A DNA stretch of 32,000 nucleotides from Vibrio alginolyticus NBRC 15630 = ATCC 17749 (lineage in GTDB: Bacteria > Pseudomonadota > Gammaproteobacteria > Enterobacterales > Vibrionaceae), in assembly GCF_000354175.2 (NCBI RefSeq), contig NC_022359.1, positions 480,001 through 512,000 of the forward strand. The letters run 5' to 3'. The translations under genes were made by a program, and so were the position numbers. Positions 25,870 to 32,000 of this stretch are shown here, piece by piece (positions within the stretch are counted from its first letter, which is position 1; the number at the start of each line of letters is the position of its first letter). Under the pieces are notes generated by a model, which was not told where the DNA came from, made no database searches, and saw only the letters and a list, made by a program, of their open reading frames with translations.

Positions 25870-27717
25870 TTATCGACCGTAAGCCTCTACGATGTAACGT
25901 TCAAAATCGTCACACATTTGTTCGTCAGAGATGGCGTTGCTTGCCAGCTCTTTACTGCCGTCGACGACTTTAATCGCGGCGTTCAGTGAAGCGACTGATG
26001 CTCGCTCTCGCGTCGCAAGTGAGTCGATTTTCTTCTGCTGCACTTCCCATGCCTGTTCTGGCGACAGGTTACACACGTCTGCAAGGTATTTGGCATTGAA
26101 GCCTTCGCCAGTCAGGCTGACAATGGTTTCGTTGTGCGACAAGTGATTGCCTGCGTGCCAGTAGTGTTTTGCCAGCAGTGGGCCAATTTCTGGGTTATCC
26201 GTCAGGTAACCAAACTTCTCAAGGAAGTATGCACGGGTCTGATACACCGCCATGTGCGCGAGTAGATAACCTTGATACGCACAAGCCGCTTCGTCGGATA
26301 GCAAATGTGGAATCGCCATCAGTGGGCGAGGGCTGCATTCCAAACCAAGGATCTGTTTTTCACAATCGCGAGCGAGCTTAGTGATGCGCTCTGGCGTTAA
26401 CTCGTCATCGCTCAATTGATACAACGCGCGCTCAAAATATGGCACAACCAAGATGCTACGTTCTTCATAAGCTTTGAATGGCTGACGGCTGTTGATCATT
26501 GCTTGAATAATCTCATCAGGCACAGAATTCCCTTCATCATCCAGTGCGTACTGTTTTAGCCAATCGGCATCGGTTAACAGGCTATCACAGAACATCGACT
26601 GAGTTTCTGCATAAGCCATTGACGTCGGCGCAAACTCCTGCGAGAAACAAGGCGCGTTCATTTTTACGTTCGCAAAGTGTGCTGCGTGGCCGCCTTCGTG
26701 GAACAGCGTGTTAATGCCATCGTAGCCGCTGCCCACTTGGTCTGGTTTGGCATTACTGGTGAAGTTCACCTGCGCTGCGACCCACTCGCCTTGATTATAG
26801 AAAGAAGGAATAGGGCCGTGGCAGAACCCATTCGGGTACTTACCTTTGCGATCTAGTAAATCCAGCGTTAGCGTCGCACCAGAGTAATCAATATTTAGGC
26901 GACCAAATGATTCTACCCAGCGTCTCAGAGATTTTGAGAACGGCACGTATGGGTCAAGGTCACGCATAACGTCACCCGCGAATGAGTAAACAAAGTTGTA
27001 GCCTGCTAGTGCGCTTGCGCCTTTCTCTTTCGCCAAGTTTTCTAAGCTGTTTAGATGCGCATCTCGCGTGCGTTGTTCGAAATCTTCCAAAATCTCGAAT
27101 AGCTGTTCAGAGCTCATCTTTTCCGTTTTTTGCACGGAGTAATCAAAGAAAGTCGCATAACCGAGTGAGCGAGCGAACTGGTTGCGCAGTTTGATCAGCT
27201 CTATAAAGCCGTTTTGCAGTAGCCATTGTTCAAGGTTCAGCAACGCTTGATGAGCCGATTGGCGAACTTCTTCATGATTGCTGGTGCGAATGGTTGAGCT
27301 TAATACGGGTAGTGAACCTTCTACTTGCTCGCCGTTCTCATCGGTAAATGTTTGTACGTGGTTCTGTTTTTTCTCGAAGAGCTCAGCTTCAAAGGCAATG
27401 AGCTGATTTTTCAACGCTTGTGCTTTTTCGCCCTCGATAGCGTGAGATTCAAACATCGCTAGCCAACCAGATAGACCCGTAATGGTTTGTTGTTTCTCTT
27501 GTGGGTCGGTAATTGAGTCCGCGGCTTCAAGCTGTTGTTTGATGGCAGTAATTTGCTCGGCGTTGCTTAAAAAGCTTGTCCATGCCGTTTGTGCTTGCGT
27601 CGAGCCATCATGGTCATCGCTGATCCCCATGTAAGTTTCCCAAAAGAAATCTTCTTTGGTGCGGTGAATCGCAAGGTAACGTTGATTGAGGTCGTTGAGG
27701 TAATCCGTTGCGGTCAT
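25870..27717 (-). CDS. Zinc metallopeptidase, M3-family oligoendopeptidase-like (615 aa)
   Basis: An HExxH zinc site (TLFHEGGHAAHF) with a downstream Glu-containing helix (SMAYAETQSMFCD), as in the M3 thimet/PepF type. There is no signal peptide. Confidence 0.72.
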   Translation of the reverse strand: MTATDYLNDLNQRYLAIHRTKEDFFWETYMGISDDHDGSTQAQTAWTSFLSNAEQITAIKQQLEAADSITDPQEKQQTITGLSGWLAMFESHAIEGEKAQALKNQLIAFEAELFEKKQNHVQTFTDENGEQVEGSLPVLSSTIRTSNHEEVRQSAHQALLNLEQWLLQNGFIELIKLRNQFARSLGYATFFDYSVQKTEKMSSEQLFEILEDFEQRTRDAHLNSLENLAKEKGASALAGYNFVYSFAGDVMRDLDPYVPFSKSLRRWVESFGRLNIDYSGATLTLDLLDRKGKYPNGFCHGPIPSFYNQGEWVAAQVNFTSNAKPDQVGSGYDGINTLFHEGGHAAHFANVKMNAPCFSQEFAPTSMAYAETQSMFCDSLLTDADWLKQYALDDEGNSVPDEIIQAMINSRQPFKAYEERSILVVPYFERALYQLSDDELTPERITKLARDCEKQILGLECSPRPLMAIPHLLSDEAACAYQGYLLAHMAVYQTRAYFLEKFGYLTDNPEIGPLLAKHYWHAGNHLSHNETIVSLTGEGFNAKYLADVCNLSPEQAWEVQQKKIDSLATRERASVASLNAAIKVVDGSKELASNAISDEQMCDDFERYIVEAYGR

Positions 27718-27993
27718 TTTGATCCTTCAAATGGTTTCGTTATGTAGACAGTTGATTATTGCACGCTTGGTCGCGAGAAAGGAACGCTAATCTCATTTGT
27801 CGATTTTGCATCGCGTAAAGGTGATTTTACTATTTGTTTACATTTGGGTGAGTTAATAGGAGTTATGAGCTTGCAGTGTTAAGACTGGTATGGAGTTTAC
27901 AGTTTATTAAGTAATTAATCTGCGGTGCGCTATCGATGATCCTTATCAGGTGTAATAAGATTTCCATATCGTGGCGATACAGTTGGAAACGAT

Positions 27994-28356
27994 ATGATAA
28001 ATAAGACAAAAGTTAAGTTATTGGCGGTAGGTACGATTTTAGTTGGATGTTCCACAGTCGCGCCACCAAGAAATGATGCGGTTGAAAGCATTCAACAAAA
28101 GTGTTCTGTGATTTTAAGCAATGATGTTGCGGGCGACCAGCGCTGGCAGACGTACAACGGCTTGCTTGTAGAATATGCCGTGCATGGCGTTAAGAGTCAG
28201 GCGCAACTGGAACGTTTTGAAGCGTTTGTGCAGAGAGTGCAAGATGATGAGTCTGGACAGTTAGTTACTGAGTTGATTGAGGTCACCGACTGGGGATGCT
28301 CAAACGGCAACTATCTTGAAGAGATGAGCTTGTTTATTCAAGAAGTTCAGAAGTAA
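27994..28356 (+). CDS. Small lipoprotein of unknown function (120 aa)
   Basis: Lipobox in MINKTKVKLLAVGTILVG|CSTV. A terminator follows. Confidence 0.7.
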   Translation: MINKTKVKLLAVGTILVGCSTVAPPRNDAVESIQQKCSVILSNDVAGDQRWQTYNGLLVEYAVHGVKSQAQLERFEAFVQRVQDDESGQLVTELIEVTDWGCSNGNYLEEMSLFIQEVQK

Positions 28357-28391
28357 AAAACCGAGCGTTAAGTCGCTCGGCTTTTCTGTTT
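28355..28391. terminator. Bidirectional Rho-independent terminator
   Basis: CCGAGCG (28361-28367) pairs with CGCTCGG (28374-28380). AAAAAA precedes the stem and CTTTTCTGTTT follows it. Confidence 0.85.
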
Positions 28392-28426
28392 GTGGAACGC
28401 TTTTGTACGCTGGTTAGTCAGGACGT

Positions 28427-28600
28427 TTACTCCTCTGGATACTCGCCCATACCTTGCGTTTTACCTTCCGCTTTCCAATGCTCTCCAGGGGCAAATGCTT
28501 CATCGCATAAATCTACGGTGTAGCCCATTTCTGTGATTTCCTTCAAAGTGAGGTTATCAGCAATATTTGCAACTTCCCCCGATTTATTCCGTAACTCCAT
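28427..28600 (-). CDS. Unlisted small acidic protein, 57 aa (MELRNKSGEVANIADNLTLKEITEMGYTVDLCDEAFAPGEHWKAEGKTQGMGEYPEE)
   Basis: I translated this by hand from the minus strand; it is not in the supplied ORF track. A GAGGAG RBS ends 8 nt before ATG 28600, and the TAA stop is at 28429-28427. It ends next to the bidirectional terminator and is divergent from cdaR. Confidence 0.5.
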   Translation of the reverse strand: MELRNKSGEVANIADNLTLKEITEMGYTVDLCDEAFAPGEHWKAEGKTQGMGEYPEE

Positions 28601-28834
28601 GTTGATCTCTCCTCTGTAGGTAGACGAGTGGCATCAATGCACAGTGAAGAATGCATTGGTAACCTTTGTTCTAAGTATATAACCCTCTGCTAAAAATGAA
28701 GGTTTAATCCGCTTTTTAAGTGTGGTTAATTGGATAATGCTTTGAGCTGCTTCCGTTATTTAGAACCGCAGCATCGCGATAGTTTGCCATTTGTGATTTA
28801 TTGAGTGATTAAACGGTCAATTTGGAAACTCGAA

Positions 28835-29977
28835 ATGGTGATTCTCGACCACGCTTTAGCACAACAAATTGTTGATCGAACCATGTCCATCATTGGTCAC
28901 AATGTGAATGTGATGAACTCGGCAGGCATCATCATTGGCAGTGGCGACCCTAAACGTGTTGGGCAAGTGCATGATGGCGCGGTACTGGCGCTGAATCATG
29001 GCGATTCGCTAGAGCTTAATGAGCAGCAATGTTTGACGTTGCAGGGTGTCAAACCCGGTATCAATATGTTGTTGAAATTACATGGCGACGTGGTCGGTAT
29101 TGTTGGCGTCACAGGCGAGCCGGAGAAAATCCGAGATTTTGCAAAACTGGTTAAAATGACCGCTGAACTGACAATCGAGCAAGCCGCGCTGGTGGAAAAA
29201 TTTCAGTGGGACAGACGTCATCGCGAAGAGTTTATTCTGGCTTGGATCAATGGGAAATTGACCGATGAAGAGCTGAAAGATTGGGCGATGCGTCTTTCTA
29301 TCGATGTTACTCAACCACGGGTGGCAACGGTGATTGAAGTCTCGACGCCGTCCGCCTCGAAAAGCATGAAGAGTGTGCGCAATATTGTTGAGCTGCTTGA
29401 ATACCCAGAGCGTAACAACCTAGTTGCGATTGTCTCAGTGAATGAAATTGTGGTGTTGAAACCGTGTCATTCCGCCAAGCAGTGGGATAGCCAAGTTGAA
29501 AGTGAGCGCATTGATAAGTTGATGTCGCGTTTAAGCGATCACGATTCGCATACGTTTCACATTGCGCTAGGGCAGTTGTTTAATGAGCCTAAAGATGTTG
29601 CTTTGTCATACCAAAGCGCAAAGCAGGTATTAGCCATTGGCAAGCAGTTCTACCCAGAGAAACGTAAGTACCTGTTCGATGAACTTCGTTTGCCTGTGCT
29701 GTTAGCGCCGTTGGCGGATATTTGGCAAGGTGAACAAATTATTGATGGCGTGAAACGGTTGAAAGAGAAAGACAAATCTGGGCAATTACTGAAAACCCTA
29801 GATGCGTTGTTTGAATGCAATGGCAATGTGACGGAATGCTCTAAAATGCTGTATATTCACCGGAACACTCTGCGTTATCGGTTAGAAAAAATCACCGAGA
29901 TAACAGGGCTGCCAACCACCAATTTTGTGGGGTTAGCGGAGCTTTATATTGCGACTCGGCTCTCAAAAATGTCGTGA
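28835..29977 (+). CDS. cdaR: CdaR/PucR-family sugar-diacid (carbohydrate diacid) regulator
   Basis: Collinear with E. coli CdaR as I recall it: AQQIVDRTMSIIGHNVNVMNSAGIIIGSGDPKRVGQVHDGA, GDVVGIVGVTGEP, QPRVATVIEV, ERNNLVAIVS, and the C-terminal HTH LYIHRNTLRYRLEKITEITGL. ATG 28835 is preferred over GTG 28805. Confidence 0.88.
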   Translation: MVILDHALAQQIVDRTMSIIGHNVNVMNSAGIIIGSGDPKRVGQVHDGAVLALNHGDSLELNEQQCLTLQGVKPGINMLLKLHGDVVGIVGVTGEPEKIRDFAKLVKMTAELTIEQAALVEKFQWDRRHREEFILAWINGKLTDEELKDWAMRLSIDVTQPRVATVIEVSTPSASKSMKSVRNIVELLEYPERNNLVAIVSVNEIVVLKPCHSAKQWDSQVESERIDKLMSRLSDHDSHTFHIALGQLFNEPKDVALSYQSAKQVLAIGKQFYPEKRKYLFDELRLPVLLAPLADIWQGEQIIDGVKRLKEKDKSGQLLKTLDALFECNGNVTECSKMLYIHRNTLRYRLEKITEITGLPTTNFVGLAELYIATRLSKMS

Positions 29978-30010
29978 TATTGTGCATCTGCACAATACGC
30001 GTCATTTTTT
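29971..30010 (+). terminator. Candidate terminator after cdaR, containing a perfect 9-bp palindrome (possible operator)
   Basis: TATTGTGCA-TC-TGCACAATA (29978-29997) is a perfect palindrome. Imperfect flanking pairs extend the stem and ATTTTTTG (30004-30011) follows. The terminator and operator readings cannot be separated from sequence alone. Confidence 0.45.
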
Positions 30011-30135
30011 GACCACATCATTTGTCACTCCGCCTAAAGGAATTCTAAAGCAAACGATTAATAATTCATGCGTCCCTACATGTTGAGTGAGCCAACACGG
30101 ACTTGCTCAGCAAAATAAGAATAAATGGAGTTATC

Positions 30136-31488
30136 ATGAACCTTATATTAATCCTGCTCGGGGTGATCGCATTTATTGTGCTCACGACCACCAAATTCAA
30201 ATTACATCCCTTTTTAGCGCTGATCATCGCGGCGTTCCTTGCGGCATTTGCTTACGGCTTACCGGCAGATAGCATTGCCAAAACCATTGCTTCTGGCTTT
30301 GGCGGCATCCTTGGTTACATTGGTTTGGTTATCGTTTTAGGTACCATCATTGGTGTTATTTTGGAAAAAAGTGGTGCGGCGATCACCATGGCCGATACGG
30401 TCATCAAAGTGTTGGGTGAGCGTTTCCCAACATTGACCATGAGCATCATAGGTTACATCGTTTCTGTTCCAGTATTTTGTGATTCAGGCTTTGTCATTCT
30501 GAACTCGCTCAAAGAATCACTCGCTAAGCGTTTAAAAACCTCAAGCGTTGCGATGAGTGTGGCGTTGGCAACTGGCCTATACGCAACGCACACGTTTGTG
30601 CCGCCAACTCCTGGCCCGATTGCCGCTGCGGGTAACTTAGGCCTGGAATCTAACCTTGGTTTAGTGATTGGTGTGGGTGTGTTTGTTGCAGCGGTTGCGG
30701 CGTTAGCGGGGATGTTGTGGGCGAACCGATTCCAACATGTTGAACCAGATGGCATTGAAGCCGCAGAAGAAATTCAGCAAGACTGGCAAGCACTCAAAGC
30801 GTCTTACGGCAAATTGCCAACGGTGAGCCAAGCATTCGCTCCTATTTTTTTTCCTATCTTATTGATCTGTTTTGGCTCTATCGCGAAATTCCCAAGCCTA
30901 CCGCTGGGCGAAGGTTTTGTGTTTGATGTTCTGACTTTCTTAGGGCAGCCACTAACGGCATTGGTGATTGGCCTGTTCCTTTCTGTTCGCCTACTCAAAT
31001 CAGACAACAAGATTGAAGAATTTGGCGAGCGAATCAGCCAAGGTATTACGGCTGCTGCGCCTATTCTTTTGATTACCGGTGCTGGTGGCGCATTTGGCGC
31101 GGTATTAAAAGCCACGCCGCTAGGTGAATACTTAGGTACGACGCTATCGGCGCTGGGCGTGGGTATTTTCATGCCATTTATCGTTGCGGCTGCGCTAAAG
31201 TCGGCGCAAGGTTCATCAACGGTTGCATTGGTGACCACATCGGCTTTGGTTGCGCCTATGCTTACGCAATTGGGGCTCGATTCAGAAATGGGCCGCGTAT
31301 TAACGGTGATGGCGATCGGTGCTGGTGCGATGACGGTTTCTCATGCAAACGACAGTTTCTTCTGGGTAGTTTCGCAGTTTAGCCGCATGTCGGTGGGCTT
31401 AGCGTACCGCGCGCAAACCATGGCTACGCTCGTTCAAGGTGTCACGGCAATGGCATTGGTGTACATTTTGAGCCTCGTTCTCTTATAA
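30136..31488 (+). CDS. GntP-family anion:H+ permease (probable D-glycerate/sugar-acid transporter)
   Basis: About 450 aa and polytopic, with GntP-type motifs (GFGGILGYIGLVIVLGTIIG, PVFCDSGFVILN, PPTPGPIAAAG, LITGAGGAFG). ATG 30136 with a GGAG RBS is preferred over TTG 30103. Confidence 0.88.
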   Translation: MNLILILLGVIAFIVLTTTKFKLHPFLALIIAAFLAAFAYGLPADSIAKTIASGFGGILGYIGLVIVLGTIIGVILEKSGAAITMADTVIKVLGERFPTLTMSIIGYIVSVPVFCDSGFVILNSLKESLAKRLKTSSVAMSVALATGLYATHTFVPPTPGPIAAAGNLGLESNLGLVIGVGVFVAAVAALAGMLWANRFQHVEPDGIEAAEEIQQDWQALKASYGKLPTVSQAFAPIFFPILLICFGSIAKFPSLPLGEGFVFDVLTFLGQPLTALVIGLFLSVRLLKSDNKIEEFGERISQGITAAAPILLITGAGGAFGAVLKATPLGEYLGTTLSALGVGIFMPFIVAAALKSAQGSSTVALVTTSALVAPMLTQLGLDSEMGRVLTVMAIGAGAMTVSHANDSFFWVVSQFSRMSVGLAYRAQTMATLVQGVTAMALVYILSLVLL

Positions 31489-31504
31489 GTCTCTGGAAAT
31501 ACGT

Positions 31505-32000
31505 ATGAAAGTGGTAATTGCACCTGATTCATTTAAAGAAAGCTTAACCGCCAAACAAGTGAGCGAGGCGATCAAAACGGGTCTTGCTCGCGTATGGCAT
31601 GATGCTGAGTTTGTTACGGTTCCGGTCGCAGACGGTGGCGAAGGCACGGTTCAATCTTTGATAGATGCAACTCAAGGCGAACAAGTCTTCACAACGGTGA
31701 CCGCGCCATTAGGGAATGATGTTGAAGCGTTTTATGGCATCCTCGGCGACGGCGAAACCGCGGTTATTGAAATGGCGGAGGCCAGTGGGCTGCACCTTGT
31801 GCCGAGTGACGCTCGCGACCCAAAACTGACCAGTAGCATTGGTACCGGACAGCTGATCAAACACGCGCTAGACAGAGGCATTCAACGCTTAATCATTGGT
31901 TTGGGCGGCAGCGCTACCAATGATGGTGGCGTGGGCATGTTGACCGCGTTGGGGGTGGCGTTTCTTGATGAATCTGGTCATGCAATTACCCCAAATGGAG
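31505..32000 (+). CDS. glxK: Glycerate kinase, N-terminal ~165 aa (3' end lies beyond the window)
   Basis: I translated this by hand: MKVVIAPDSFKESLTAKQVSEAIKTGL...VPVADGGEGTV...IGLGGSATNDGGVGML. It matches the GlxK/GarK N-terminus. The frame is open to the window end and starts 16 nt after the gntP stop. Confidence 0.88.
   Translation, partial: MKVVIAPDSFKESLTAKQVSEAIKTGLARVWHDAEFVTVPVADGGEGTVQSLIDATQGEQVFTTVTAPLGNDVEAFYGILGDGETAVIEMAEASGLHLVPSDARDPKLTSSIGTGQLIKHALDRGIQRLIIGLGGSATNDGGVGMLTALGVAFLDESGHAITPNG

Noticed and set aside
30453-31238. Two antisense ORFs (100 and 144 aa) inside the gntP gene
   Set aside because: They are Ala/Pro/Thr-rich shadow frames of a GC-rich membrane-protein gene. 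The plus-strand GntP assignment is unambiguous.

Overview
The window looks like a gamma-proteobacterial accessory and metabolic region, almost certainly Vibrio. The chromosomal qnr next to ompW, plus frmA/frmB, a secreted LPMO and a cdaR-gntP-glxK cluster, resemble chromosome II of the Harveyi/parahaemolyticus group. I support about 34 protein-coding genes, and most transcription units end in a clean Rho-independent hairpin. I saw no rRNA, tRNA, CRISPR array, IS element, integrase, attC-type repeat or phage gene. The content is mainly detoxification and efflux: a MATE pump, EmrAB-like pump, Qnr, formaldehyde detoxification genes, an arylamine N-acetyltransferase, two VOC/glyoxalase proteins and two MBL-fold proteins. 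It also holds small-molecule regulators (two LysR, one Lrp/AsnC, one CdaR), envelope proteins and a D-glycerate utilisation cluster. I found no recognisable defence island or toxin system. The best candidates for undescribed biology are these. (1) A low-GC three-gene module: secreted YedY-fold-like protein, membrane GGDEF cyclase, membrane-anchored protein. Its layout resembles YfiR-YfiN-YfiB, but I see no homology to those proteins. (2) An RluA-type pseudouridine synthase with a roughly 350-aa N-terminal module that carries a Glu/Cys cluster split by a coiled coil. (3) qnr translationally coupled to a cupin gene and followed by a HAD gene. (4) A secreted MBL-fold protein with a degenerate metal motif, coupled to a cytoplasmic DsbA-like protein. 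(5) An LPMO with an unassigned middle module. (6) A 57-codon gene absent from the ORF track. All functional calls rest on motif recognition by eye and on recalled family knowledge. No database search was run.
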